A stretch of 64,000 nucleotides of DNA from Lingula anatina (taxonomy: Eukaryota > Animalia > Brachiopoda), in the NCBI GenBank assembly GCA_051362555.1, contig CM120641.1, positions 37,020,401 through 37,084,400 on the forward strand, in the 5' to 3' direction. The translations under genes were made by a program, and so were the position numbers. The number at the start of each line of letters is the position of its first letter. The first letter of the stretch is position 1. The notes beneath the pieces are model-generated. The model ran no database searches and was not told the origin of the DNA. It saw nothing but the letters and a program-made list of their open reading frames with translations. Of this stretch, positions 1-14,000 are shown one piece after another.

Positions 1-1690
1 ATAAAAGTGTCCAACTTAAAAAAAATACATGTAATGAATTAAAAACCAATCAATCAAAATTTGTCTTTCACAAGAATGCTTGCATATTTGCCTGAGTATT
101 GGGTAGTTGACAAGAAGGCACCCACGGGTAGGAAAGTAAAGTGGACGTGTAGCTCTGCAAGCAAAAATAGAAAGCAGTCTGAATGCGATAGAAGCTTAAA
201 ACCAAACATTTAACCACTGACTTCATTATAACTGTCATTTTATTGGCTCCCTACTTAAAGCAGTGCCTCTAATCTAAACTAGCAAATACAAACAGAAGTG
301 TCTGAAGTAATTTTGAAGCACTTGCATAAAGCCCATCAAATTTAGTAACTATTCCATACAAAAGACAAATTTAATATAACCAGAAATCATAATATGGTTA
401 TTACTCACAAATTTACAAATATCTTATTGAATTTGATGATCATTAAAAAGCTTTTATAATGTCTGGTCATTCACAAAAGAAATGGGCTGATTCTCACACA
501 ATCCACTCATTTTTAATCAATCTTTTAGAAAATATGAAAAAAAAAAAATAATAAAATCATTTGTTGGGGAGGGGGGGACAAGAAAACAATTTCTTTGAAT
601 TGAGTGAGAAATTCTAATGTAACTCATATCATCTGATTTTTTCAACAAGTATATTCTGTAAAAGCCCAGATTAAGAACTGTGTGTTAAAATTAAGATTTT
701 GTTTTAATTCCAAAAGGTCATTCTACAGTAGTTTTTCTTTAGTAACATCTTTCATGCTTCAGAAAATATCTTCTTATGACTTTTTCTCTTGAGGGAGAAT
801 TTTGAATTGTTTGGCAGAATATATTATGTATAACTGGGTGTTAATTTTCACTTTTCTTTCATGGCGGACATCATTACCAGTGTCTGATCAGATGTTAGCA
901 ACAACTGAAGTTCTGACATGAACCTATTAAAGGATAATTGCTCTTGATTACATTAACCTAGACATAAAGTCTCTGTATGCATCTCATCATCTTAAATAGG
1001 TATTTTTCAAACTATAAGGGCCCTGCCAAAATAGCTTTAAGACAATCTTTTATTCAGCAGGGACATGAGAAGCACTACAAACCAGTTTTTAAATATTGTA
1101 ATTCACATGATTATATATGCTGACACCCAAAATTAACAAGTTTATAACATACTTGGTAATTTTCAAGTTTCATGGGTCTTAAATGTAATGAAAGGCTGCT
1201 TTCTTCTTTGCATAAAATGCCAGTGTTTTGGAACTTCAGTACTTTAGGTTATTGTCACCCAGAATATGGTCTTACCAAAGGATACATAAGAGAATAGAAC
1301 ATTAAATATTTTTTCATAACTTCTGCCAATTTTGTTAAGGACTGGAATTCAAGATAAGTTGCAAATGTTTATAAATGATAATACTTTTTTGACTGGGCAA
1401 AAATTGGACAATCAAGTAAGGAAGAGAAATAGTTATGGATAAACAATAATCTTGGTTGTCAATGGATGTAAGTTATATATTTCTGATTTAAAAATGATGC
1501 TCACCTCACCAGGCGTCTAAAATTCTTATTAAAAAAGCAGAAATCATTTCAAATTCAATTTTTGAAGAGGAGATGCATAAAGCGAAGCAATGAAATCCAT
1601 ACTTACATTTTTATACTCACAAATTACTGAACATATTTGGCCACAATCAATTATATAAATTGGAAAATTAAACTGCTGGTTGGATTTTAC

Positions 1691-1825
1691 CTTTGGGTAC
1701 TTCTTAACCAAGCCACAGCAACCAAAGACATTTGTATGAAGTTCGGGAAAAGTTCTTCTCCATATTCTTGTTCCTAAGATGTAATCCCAAAGCGTCCATT
1801 TGTTTGATGGGCACAATGGAAAAAT
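1691..1825 (-). CDS. Unidentified divergent gene, coding exon 2
   Basis: Pyrimidine-rich acceptor ttttcag|, 135 nt open in phase 0 (IFPLCPSNKWTLWDYILGTRIWRRTFPELHTNVFGCCGLVKKYPK), donor AAG|gtaaaa; joins exon 1 in frame. Confidence 0.6.
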
Positions 1826-2184
1826 CTGAAAAAAATGAGAAAAACAGATTAATTTTCCATTTCAATTTAGAACTGTTGGTCATAACTAAAACTATGGCAC
1901 AAAGAATCAGAACTGAACTCCCAGCAATATTGCCAAGTTAAAGTCCAAAATTTCTAATATTATAATTCATACTGTCAAAATTTACTGACAATATGCTTTA
2001 CGGCTTTTTTATGTGGGAAACTATATCAAAATACTTCTGAATTAGTAAACACAAGAAACACTTATACAATTTACCTCAATTATGTGTACCAAAAAAAAAA
2101 ACTTTTTTTTAATAAGTATTTATCTCAGTGTGACCCACCTTATTCTGATTCAAGATCTTGAGGATTTGGACTCCATCTACTGCC

Positions 2185-2307
<123 letters not shown>

Positions 2308-2310
<3 letters not shown>

Positions 2311-2352
2311 TAGAAATCACTCCTGAAAGTGCAGACCTCTGCCAAGGCAGCC
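2308..2352 (-). mobile_element. 3' end of the same HINE family as 28051-28283
   Basis: Reverse complement ggctgccttggcagaggtctgcactttcaggagtgatttctagtt matches the 3' end of the 28051 copy; abuts the (AAT)n array. Confidence 0.7.
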
Positions 2353-3411
2353 TAATTCCCCCATATTAACAATATATCTGACAATGGTTCTTACTAAATT
2401 CTTTCATCTAGATTCTGATCAATAAAAATATTGGACCATTTGTTATGTAATCTTCCATGGCCTGCATGGCACTTCTTAGTGATACATGTACCAGGGTTAT
2501 TTTTTTGCACCAAAAACCTTTAAATTCAGATTTAAGGTTACTTAAGGTGTCCTCTGCATAGTTTAATAACTGCCCATACTACAGTCAGTATTCTAATAAT
2601 AACCTTTTGCTATCGGTTATCAAAACCTTGGTACATGTACCTAAGATTGCTTAATAACTCTCTGTTGCAATAGATATGTGAGATAGGATTAATCCTCTGG
2701 CACTGTACTTGGGAGATAGGATTAATCTTCTAAGTGGCACTGTACTTGGGACAGCTTTGTGAAGCCCTATTAATATTGATGGATGAGGGTTATACTGAAT
2801 GCCAAATGAGAAACTTGAACATATCATCATTATCAATGCTGTTTTCTATAAATCTAACAAGTTAAAACAAGGAGATAATTCTTTAAAATGTAGCTGAAAG
2901 AGAAATTTCAAAGAATTAATGTAACACGCATGACCATGCTACATCAATTTTATCATCTTTAAAAATTGAATATATCATTTTTCTACCAACTAATGTATGT
3001 ATCTATAATTAAGATATATATACCAGTGTACGTAAATGTACAATTTTCACTGCGTAGATCTCAAATGCGATCTTTGTGATGTTTGCTATGCGTACCTAGA
3101 GGTCTATATTGTCCCATTTCGGTCCATTTCTATCCATTTCTATGTTTTAAAGGACCTCTAGTATGTGCATGTAACTGGATACAGGAAAGTGCCATGTGGG
3201 CACAACCCTTCATTCAAACCTTACATCAATATTATTTATAAGCAATTGGTATAATTATTACTGGCCTTGCTATGTTCCATACTATGGTAAGTAGGAGCAG
3301 GGCAAGGCCTTGCAATGAGGAAACCTTGTTCTTAACTTAAGCAAATTCAAACCACCAGACCTAAGTAAAAATTCATTGCCAAGATTTATTGCCAAAATAA
3401 AAAGGACTCAC

Positions 3412-3498
3412 CTGTTTTTCGTGAGTAAACCATTTGTAAATTATCACAGAGAGAAACCCAAGGAATGCTCCAATACATGTTATGAAAAAAACATCCAT
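3412..3498 (-). CDS. Unidentified divergent gene, coding exon 1 (N-terminal hydrophobic anchor/signal)
   Basis: ATG at 3498 gives MDVFFITCIGAFLGFLSVIIYKWFTHEKQ; consensus donor CAG|gtgagt at 3411; phase 0. Confidence 0.6.
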
Positions 3499-3559
3499 TA
3501 CGCTTTGACAAATGAACGATCATGCTCACTTAAAGAATGATAATATGTAGATTCATCGT

Positions 3560-3650
3560 CCTCACTGAGATCTGCTAAATAGGTCACGGTAACGGAAGTG
3601 TTCAATAGGTTGCGCACGGAGTGTAATCAACAACAAAAATGGCGGCGCCC
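3560..3650. promoter_or_regulatory. Compact bidirectional promoter
   Basis: CGGAAGTG (ETS/GABP-type) 3593-3600, TGCGCACGG (NRF1-like) from 3611, AAAATGGCGGC (YY1-type) 3636-3646, and a TCAGT initiator-like motif on the - strand at 3564-3568. Local CpG enrichment in a CpG-poor window. Lies between two divergent first exons. Confidence 0.65.
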
Positions 3651-3720
3651 TTGCGACTCGCGGTTTTATGAATCTGAACCTTGTGAATGACATTTACATA
3701 GGAATATTGTTATTGAAAAG
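3630..3720 (+). other. CPSF2: Probable non-coding first exon (5'UTR) of CPSF2; start approximate
   Basis: CpG-containing patch followed by a strong donor AAG|gtgagc at 3721. The coding exon at 4845 has its own acceptor, so an upstream exon is needed. Confidence 0.65.
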
Positions 3721-4866
3721 GTGAGCAGCTATGTAATTTGCTTGTTTTAGATTTTGGTGATATTGGAAACTGTAATATTATAGTATTTATACCCCTGGCA
3801 TCTTAAAACACCTAGTTCTTTATTTAAGCCGGTTGGGATTACCTATGGCTGTTGTTTTAAAGCTAACCAATACATTGTTAACAGTTTTCACCCCAACATA
3901 CAACGTTTCGAGCTTGTCTTATGTCCTGCTTTAGGCTTTATATACCATAAAGTTTAGCCGTCTTAGCATACTAATAATCGCAATTTTTGTCTCTAGATGT
4001 AATTTTTTTTTATATATTAGGTATATCAGAAAAAAAATAATAAAAATAGAATGTGCCAGAAATAAACACAAGGTATATCTTCTGAAATTTCTTTTTATCC
4101 ACAATGTTATACTTTTGGAATTTTGATATTATCTCAAAAATTAAAGGAAATATCACATTTCTTAGATAGCGATATTGGGGCAAATGTGCCCTCCCATTTT
4201 AGCTAGAAAGCTGTGACCACTGAGTGGTTTTGTGCCAACTTAAAAATACACTTCACCTTGATCAATTTTCATGGGGTTTGTTGCATGATATCACAAATGT
4301 TCTACACTTTCTCAAGGTATTAAAATTGAGGTGTAGAAGATTTTTGTATAGGTTGTTAACTGAGGTGCCTCAGTTGTCGCTGGTCACAAGCGGGCCAGTG
4401 CTGCTGCAGGACATGATTGACTGTGGCACCTCTAAAGCATTCTGATATACCTATATATATTCTAGCTATTATGCTAGAAGATGGAACAAATTTGTAAAGA
4501 TCTTTCAGTGTCAGGTGTCTGTTTAAAATGATCAATCACTGTATCTTTTTATCACTGTATCTAAATGTATGCTAAAGTATGTGATGCTGTTTCCAATGTA
4601 GTAAAAAATAGGCATAACAGTAGCATTGTGTTGCATATGTAGATAAAGTGTAAGTAAAATGCTTAGAACTAGCCAAAGGTAGTTTATTTTTGTGAACTGT
4701 ACTTGTTGGTCTCAGTTGTTAGCATAGATTATGTCCAGTGAGAATGTTAAAGAAGGTGTGCTTCAGTCAGTAACCTGATGAAGAGTTAAACTAATTCCAT
4801 TTTCTAGCAAATCTTAATCAAAGAACATGTATACACTTTTCCAGATACTGAGAAACTCCGGCCATT

Positions 4867-5015
4867 ATGACATCTATCATCAAGCTCCAGGTGTTTTCTG
4901 GAGCCTATGATGAGTCTCCACCATGTTATCTACTTCAGCTCGATGACTTCAGATTTCTGTTGGACTGTGGTTGGGGAGAAAACCTAGCCATGGATCACAT
5001 TAATGAAGTCAGAAA
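4867..5015 (+). CDS. CPSF2: CPSF2 first coding exon (exon starts 4845, ATG 4867)
   Basis: ttccag|ATACTG acceptor; [49 protein letters not shown]; donor AA|gtaaga. Confidence 0.95.
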
Positions 5016-8000
5016 GTAAGAGAAATGATTTGAAACTTGACATGTCCTGCTAAAATGATTGTAAAACACATTATAACTTCAGTTTTTGTTTACATTCAGT
5101 GTGAAAGCTTAGCTTTTCTGCAGAATTTTTTTAGCATCTTAGAAAGAATAGCATTTTTAAATAAGATAAACTTTTTTAAAACTAGATGCACTGCTAATTA
5201 TTTCATTAAGCAGATAGGGATATTCTACCAGTACCATTTCTTCCCATAGTATCTTCTCATTACCATTTTGTTTAACTGTTCATTTCTAGAATAAATAAGA
5301 GCAGGTAAGTAGTTATGAATTTCACCAGCTATTACCTCTCTTGAAATAAATTTGTAGAGCGTAAAATACTGTGGATTGACCCTGTGAATAATGAATTTGG
5401 ACTCTTAGTACATCAATTTGTGTAATAGGGGGACTTGAACTTTATTTTTAATTGGCAGTGCTAATATAGATGCATTTATTAATGTTTTTATCTTAGGCAT
5501 CTTGGCCAAATTGATGCAGTATTGCTGTCACATCCTGATGCATTCCACTTAGGGGCGCTGCCCTATCTTGTGGGGAAATGCGGCATGAATTGCCCTATCT
5601 ATGCTACCATTCCAGTATATAAGATGGGACAAATGTTCATGTATGACCTATATCAGGTAATAAGAAATCCAATATATAATAGTTTAAAATATATTTGCTA
5701 CTGTCATATTAAATAAATGTGTTTTTTTGAATTACTGTTTTTTTAATTTTAGTGCAACAAGAGATTGGGCTGTGCCAGGGGGGTGGTTTATTCTTCATCT
5801 TTTTCACATTGTTATTTCTCCTACTGTCTAAACCATTAGAGTGAGGAAATCAAACTTTTGGGATCGATAGACCTGTTATTGGGATGTGCATGGGCACTTA
5901 GGAATTTGGTTGTCCTGGGGGGGGGGGGGGGGGGGGGGTGATTCTAAGTCATTTTCACATTGCAATTTCTGCTTTCTCCTCTTTGACCATTAGAGAGAGG
6001 AATTGAAACTTTGTTGATTGAAAGACCTATAATTTGGGATGTGTATGGGAACTTTGGAATTTTAGTGCAGCTTGGGGTTGGGTTGTTCCTTGGGAGTTGG
6101 TTAATTCTTATTTCTTTTCACATTGTAATTTCTTTTTTGGCTGTCCATCAACGCTGTTTAGTTTTTCATTATTGTAAAAATGTAAACTAATACTATATAT
6201 GTCTTAATGTATGTTTGATATTTTAACAAGTTTGTGAAAATTTTGATACTTATTTCTTTCAGTCTCACCACAACACGGAAGATTTCAACTTATTCACTTT
6301 AGATGATGTTGATGCTGCTTTTGATAAGATTATACAACTGAAGTACTCACAGTCTGTGAGTTTAAAGGGTTAGTATTCATAAGAAATATGTACAAAACTC
6401 ATGGTATCATATAGAATTTTTGACAAAGGTAAACATTAATTTTATTTGATATAGCTAAGAAAGTATGAAATATCTTACTTTTTGCCAGTTTATCAGTGTT
6501 TCCAAAATTATTTAGCTGAAGATTTCAGTTGTTTCTTTAAAGGAAAACTGAACTGTAATGAAGTCAGCATGTCACAGCTTTTAATACATAATGCAATCAT
6601 AAAGACACATTGTTAGAAGTATTTATAAACAACAATCAGTTTTGCGCTGTGTGCTGGATGTTAAAAACAAATTTAAACAAGTGTTTTGAACAAGCGTATT
6701 TCCTGAAAGTTAACTTCTACTTATTATTCCCTTTTGTATTTCATATCCAAACATTGAATCATTCAGGTTGAAATATTAAATTATGGTGTTGTTCCCAATT
6801 TTAGGCAAAGGCCATGGCTTACAGATCACTCCATTAGCAGCTGGACATATGATTGGTGGCACTATATGGAAGATAGTCAAAGATGGCGAGGAAGAAATCA
6901 TTTATGCTGTAGACTATAATCACAAGAAAGAAAGGTTCATATTTTAAATATATTGTTACATTTGCATTTGATTCTTTGTCCTTTCAGTTCTCAATGCCAA
7001 TTTCAAGAATACTTTCAACTGGCATATATAATTAATGTGATATAGAAAAAGGAAAGACAAAAATGGTATGAATTACAATTGGAAAATGAAGGCCAGCTAT
7101 GCCAAGGATTTAAGTATTTGCAGAATCTCAAACAACTGTGATACTAATAAAATTATGTTATGTGATATTTTGCCGTATAGGCACTTAAATGGCTGTGTCC
7201 TGGATACATTTAGCAGACCTCATTTACTCATCACAGATGCATTGAATGCCAACTATATGCAGGCAAGGCGGAGGGCACGAGATGAACAGCTGATGAGTGA
7301 GTTGTTTATTACAAAAATATGAAGCAGTTTGGGGAGTTCAGTTTGGGGTACCATAGCAGTTTTAATTGTTTGTGTTGCTCATATTTCTATGGAGATTCAT
7401 ATCAAATCACTGTATAGATCTTTAAGAAATAAATAAGTTATCATAATAATGCCACTTGCATCTGTGAAGATATACTAAAAAGAAGTAATATCTTATCCAA
7501 TCTTTCAACCCATTGTCCTTCTTTAGGGATTTGAAAAAAAATGACAAAAAATCTAACTCCTAGGATAAGTGACGTCAGTTATGTGTTTTTAAAACATACT
7601 CATGTTTCTACAAATTGTTTGTAAAAAAAGGCAATATACAAGCACATTTTCATTCCCTAAAACTAAAATTCAGTATATTCAGATTAGTATTTGTTTAACA
7701 ATCTTTTGAAGTCAATTTTTTTGCCACAAAAGCTGACCAAATGCCATCATACAGTTTCAAATAGTATTACTCAGAGAAGTACCAAAAGACATTGGTTTAT
7801 ATTACCTGAAAAATGATATTCGAATGGATTTTTCTGCCTGCATTCTGTGCTGTATATAAATGGGACACATTAGTATGTCAGATATGTAGGTCACATTTAC
7901 AACTAATAAATTGAAGAAGGTGCATTTTAAAGCTCTTTTATGGCTGATTAAGTGATTAATTTGGTTTTTCCCTTGGTATGTCAACTTTATTTGAGCTGTA

Positions 8001-11000
8001 TAAGAAATTAGTAGAAGTGGTATATATGTTTTACTGGGTATCCATGCTCCACTGATGCTCTGATCAAATGTACCTTTAAAGAGAGCTTAATGTGTATTTT
8101 TGCAGCCACCATTTTGCAGACCATGAGAGGGAGTGGCAATGTTCTGATATGCTTAGACACAGCTGGCAGGGTTTTGGAACTTGCTTTGTTATTGGTATGG
8201 AGGTTAAACCTTTGGAGGATATCAACAGTAGAAAAAAAACAACATGACCTCTTTGGTGTTTGTTTCCATGTGAATTTGCCTAATCATTATCTTTTAGTTA
8301 CACATTAATATATTTTTCTACATATTATCATCTTATCATTTTTTTCTCCTTTTTTTAAATATAAAAAAATTAACTTAAAGTGGTTCAAGGTATTAGTAGC
8401 CTCATTAATATGCCATTTACCTACAATATGTAAACAGTTAAATATGGGTCACTTTTTAGGACCAGATGTGGAGGACACAAGAATCTGGCCTCACTGCCTA
8501 CTCTTTGGCATTGCTCAACAATGTTAGCTACAATGTGGTGGAATTTGCCAAGTCACAGGTGAGTTCAAGTTAACATGAAGGAATGCTTGCAAAGCATCTG
8601 AGTAGTTTTGGTCTATCCATAATACTGCCTTGGCTTACAATTTTGTTGTCACTTCTTTTGTAATTGTGTTGAAGAGAAGACGATGATGATGATGATGTTG
8701 TCCTCTGACAAATGACACTAGGCATTTTTGGGTAAAACCTGTTTGAACCAGAGGAAAAGTGATTCAATATTACCATAATTTTGAGATCCTGGGCTATTGA
8801 TTTTCCCTTTTGTTTATTTAGTTTTTCTTTTTAAAATGCTATGTAAAATTCTGTCTACATGGCAAGGAGTTTTGCCTATTAAAAATATGATTGATTGTTA
8901 TGACTGAATACAATAGATGGCAGCAGTGTAGCAAAGGTACTCATGTGCAGGTCTGAAATAGAAGGTTGGCCATTTTTTTGATACAACTAAATACAAGTTT
9001 TGTCGAAAAAAACTAAAATGTCACTTATGCAAGGTTAACATGTTTTTTTGTTTCTGTATGCTAAATAGATTTGTATAATTATATGTTACTTCTTTAAGAA
9101 TGTTAATATAATGAAGTTCTCATGAATATTGCCCCATTTAAAAACTTGTTTTATTGAGCAGGCCATTGAAAGTTTAAGTTGATTGTATTTTACATTGGAA
9201 ATTGATTAATTAAACTTGATATGGCAGGTTCTGGTCTGTTTATGATGTGAAAAACTTATGATGTAATTCTTTTTTATTTGCATTAACATTAATTCCATTT
9301 GCTAATTTGTACAAATTTACTGTTTTTGCAAAGCTTTTTAAAAAGTTTTACATCATGTCACACTTTCACTATTTTGCATGGCCCTTAAACCGAGGGGAGA
9401 TTTGTAATGTAAGGATTTGAACTAGGAATCAATAACTTTGGAGAATTCTTCGACCAAAAATGTTTGTTGTCATTTGGTAGGAAGTTGCAGACAGTTGTAA
9501 GACAACGTTTATTCTAAAAGTGAGTCAGTTCACGGGGAGACCTATCTGTTCATTAAAGCATTAAGAACTTGGAGATGTTAATAGCTTTGTGATGGATTTG
9601 AGGTCATCAGATTGTAGAATTGATAGAAACTACTTCACATGTAATATGACAATAAGATGAAGCATTAGTCCCTAATGACAATAACTGGAACATCTGCGAC
9701 AGATGACTGAGCAGGAGAGTTCTAGAAATTCACAAAAGTCACAACAAAGTGATAAATGATCCATGAACAAGATACACGAAATGAGATCATTTTAACTGGA
9801 GTGTCTGGAGAGGCTGTGAAAATCATCTGACCTCATCACATTTTATAATGCGTTTTTATTACAGCTTACCAAGTTGGATTTTTGCCAAATGCTGATTGCT
9901 GTGTTATCGCGTTTTCTGTGTTTGTTTTATGTGTAATTGTTGTGTACTCAAACCAGAGTTTCAGCTGTAGGTAAATACTATTACCTCACACATTTAATTG
10001 TAGAGTCAGACATATTTATCTTATTATTTTTTGGGAAATAATATCAAGGATATATTGCAAAGCATGGGTAGCTTTATACTCAACTGATATTCATATTTTC
10101 TTGATCTTTCTAATCACTATAGATTGGGTTCGCTATCCATTAACTCATTGTCCAGTGTCAGTCATCATGATCATCACCATCACTTATTCAGCCAGTATTT
10201 GCTGATTACTGTGCTCTCTTGGCAGTGAATGCTGGCAGTCAGAGCAATATTATCAGTTCAATATCTGCGCATATCAGTTGTAAAATATTTTAATTAGATA
10301 TTATTTATGGAGAGCAGTTGATATGTTGTCATCATTGACAATTTATAATGTACGAGTGCAAAAGGTATCTTGAAACAAATTTTCACCTAAAGCCTGTAGT
10401 GTATGCATTATTAAGCACAGGAATAAGATACCCTTCTCTTGGCTCTTCATAAGAAAAAATAGCAAAATAAATTAATAACAAAAATAGTAACAGAATTTAA
10501 AAAAAAGAGCAGGTCCAAGGTTAAAATGTTCATAAGAATTTGTCATCGATGTACGTAATATGTTGGGTGTTGTAATTGCGTTGATAATGAGACGGTGAAT
10601 GCATATGTGTGAAAATTGAAAATTAATTAATTAATAGAGAATTAATTTCATTTAACAACGTATGAAGAAAATGACACAAGTTTGCTCAACATCTGTCCAT
10701 CCCAAGAATATCTCTTATGTTATTCAAGAAGCTTGTATGTTTCATACCTTATACTAATTCATTGAACCTTGGCTGATAGATAATTATGCATTTTGTTGTT
10801 GTCACCTAAGGTCATTGTTTAGATATGCTTTGGGAATAGTAAGCACTTGCATCCTTTCATTTAGAGGTCAGTCTTGTTTTTTTTTTCTAATTGTTATTTT
10901 ACTCTTGATGAGACTGCCTGGTTGTATTTGAGCACACCCTAGTAGAAATCAGTTCTCTTAGCACCTAGAAATTTATCTTCCCCATGTAAAGCTTGCCATC

Positions 11001-14000
11001 TGTTTCCTAGTTTTCAAATTTAATTATTTTTTAAAAGGCACCTCTTCAATTTATAGCCACTTAAGCATGTGTATTATCCATTACATGTGGTTTTAATTTT
11101 TTTTCACTGTGGAAGCTCATGTTGTATTTTTTAGTAATTTGAATAAAGTAGTGGTTTTTAGATCAAAGTGAAATGTGAAATCCGTGATGTTTTATTCATT
11201 CTAAAGTCAAAAGACATGCCTGAACTGTGAAAGATGTCTGCAGAAAAAATGAACACAAACTTGCTATGCGATGTGACTGAATATATAGCATTTAGGAATA
11301 AGTCTCAAATGTCAAGAATGGTAAAGATGGGACAATCTCTTATTAGTCTGTCTCATCATGCATTGTTTAAATGAGACTCAATTTGATATAGATGGTTTGT
11401 TTTATAGTAGGAAGCAGCTCTGACACTTGAGTTGACTTGTAGAATTGTTGGTAAATACTAATCCAGTTTATTTACACCTACTGAAAAGATTTAGGAAGTT
11501 TTCAGTGAATTAAATTGGGGCATTATGTGCCTGCATGCACATTAATGAAGTATTTGTTCATGTAGGAGTTAAAATTAAAGTTCATGAGATTAAAAATGCA
11601 ACTGAACATTTTTTTTGAGATTTGCAGTCATTTTATTCACAAACACAATAACTTTCACATGCATTTGGCATTGTTGCAAGACCTAAAACTGTGTACTTTT
11701 ATTGTTAAATCTCAAAATGCATCTATGGCTTTGTGTTGAGCTTACTACAGTCAAACTTGCATCAAACTTACTTTAGTCATTTGCAGGGTTGAAATTCAGG
11801 TCCTGATGAAAAATGTGTAGAGTCAACTAATTTTTAAAAAATATTGTTTCTAATGAAAATATATTTGACTTTATTGCAACCCCCCATGTGATCCCTCTGT
11901 TATTGTTTATTCTTGCCACAAGATGTAGGTTTTCAAACCACAAAACTCTTATTTTATCATTAACTCATTTTTTTACCACAAAACTCAGGCTTGAAAGATA
12001 TGTATTGCACTAGACCCATTTTGAACACATTCCTTTATCACAAATTTAATTTCTGCTATTCAGAGGAAGGAAGGTACATGTCATGTACAGGAAATTCAAA
12101 CATTGTAATAATGTTTCTTTATCCATGCGTTTGGTCTCTTGTGTTTTTTGAGAGACTGAAGAAGATCAGTTGTTACATTCCTGTTTGTATGAAAAAAGGG
12201 GAAATCGGCTTTTTTTTGTAACTAGTGATTTAGAAATAGATTTTTCATGGATAGGGTGAACGGCAAAGTCAAAAAGGAAATATTGATCAGTCATGAGGAC
12301 ATTCACCTATAGTACCCATTCATTTACTGTTCTGTTTGATCAAGTCAAAATGATCCTAAACTAATCATTTGAGGAAGTTTTCAATAGATAATATAACTGT
12401 GCACAACTTGTTGTTTGTGTCATTTGCTATATCAAAGGAAAAGTGCACCAGTTTCTGAAAGGTTCACAATGTTTTTGAAAATGATGAGTGTGAATACTTT
12501 ACTAAAATGATGAGTGTGAATACTTTACTAAAATGATGGTTAACATTTGAAAATCAATCAGTTTGCTGTTAATTGTTTTTTTAACAGTGAAAGATGCAGA
12601 TTGAGAACATGCAGATCAAATTAACATATATATTGTTCATAAACATTCATAAGTTGCCATTTTGGTGCACTGTCATAAGACACATTCTTTTTTGAGTTGA
12701 TGTCATCCTTTGTTGTGAAACATATTTTTTTCTAATTAGTGAGGTAATGTTCAAAGTAATTGTAACATATTGATAATTAGAGGAGTCCTAAATGGTACCT
12801 AATTGCCAACGCTGAATTTTTAAAAAAAGAGATTATCCTACTGATATTGCCTATTGAATGATGCTGGATTTTTACGTTCAATTTTCAGGGATGAATAAAT
12901 GATTTCCATTTTTGTGGTATGTTTAGACATCAAGGTTATCATAATTTCACATTTGATGTTATGAGCATGAAGAGTCTTATTTCCCTTTGATGGAGCAGAA
13001 TCCATTTAAGATGTCATGTAAAGACATTCAGATATTTTATATTGGAACTTTATCTAAATCTTCTGTTAATTTACCTTAAATATTTATGAAAATGTCTGTA
13101 TATCATTTTTAATGACAGTATGTCTAATATGTGATAAACAAAAAGGCCATCGTCTGTCTTTTTGAAGCAGAATTCAGTGGTCGATTTTTTGTTTGAAGTT
13201 AATGAGTTCAAAACACTTAGATCAGATCGAGTTTCCATTTATTCTAAGTGCATTTTATGTTTAGTTTATGTAAAATGAGTGCAATTCAATTTGTGTCAAA
13301 CTGAATTTGGCGTGATAAGTAAAATATTGATGGTAATAGATTCACATTAAATATGGATACTCACATGGATAGTTTCTTCCCTTTAATTGTATGTTATTCC
13401 TATTTCACGGAAATCACATTCTTCCTTCCAAGAAATTTACAGAAATTACTCATTGTGGTCAGTGATACAGATCATAATCATAGAAACTTATACAGTTGTA
13501 ATCATAAGTACTTAATGGACATACATCATTCCTGTACTGATATGCTACAGGGATCTTCCTGGGTCAAAATCTGGTTGGGCTATTTTGGCCCACTTGGTCT
13601 AAAAAAGTGGGCCATTTTTAAAAAATGTGTGCTGTGAATCATTTAGTGACAATTTATTATACTTCATTATTTTTATATGATGAAAAACACTGATTAAAGG
13701 CTTGATGTTACTACTGTGAAATTCTAAGTAATTGTACTGTGTGGAAAAATCTTAGAAAATAAACAATTGTACTGTCTGAATAATTGTACTGACTGGAAAA
13801 ATAATCCGAAATTAATTATTGTACTGTACCGAATAATTGCACTGCATTGTAAAGGTTGGCAATTCCCATGTTTATTGTGAAAAACAGCCATTGCTTTTAA
13901 AAGAATTTTTTCCAAATATTTGCATTCTTTTTTTAACCCGAAAATAATTAAGCAGTGATCTAAGCTAAGAAATATCTTTATTTACATAAAATCTAGCAAG

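Noticed and set aside
61-160. Acceptor-like site at ~154 on the - strand as exon 3 of the divergent gene
   Set aside because: Only a GC-type donor is available, the translation is uninformative, and the segment looks repeat-derived
9782-9800. tgagatcatttt resembles bantam miRNA
   Set aside because: No upstream complementary arm (bantam is a 3p miRNA) and the 3' half does not match
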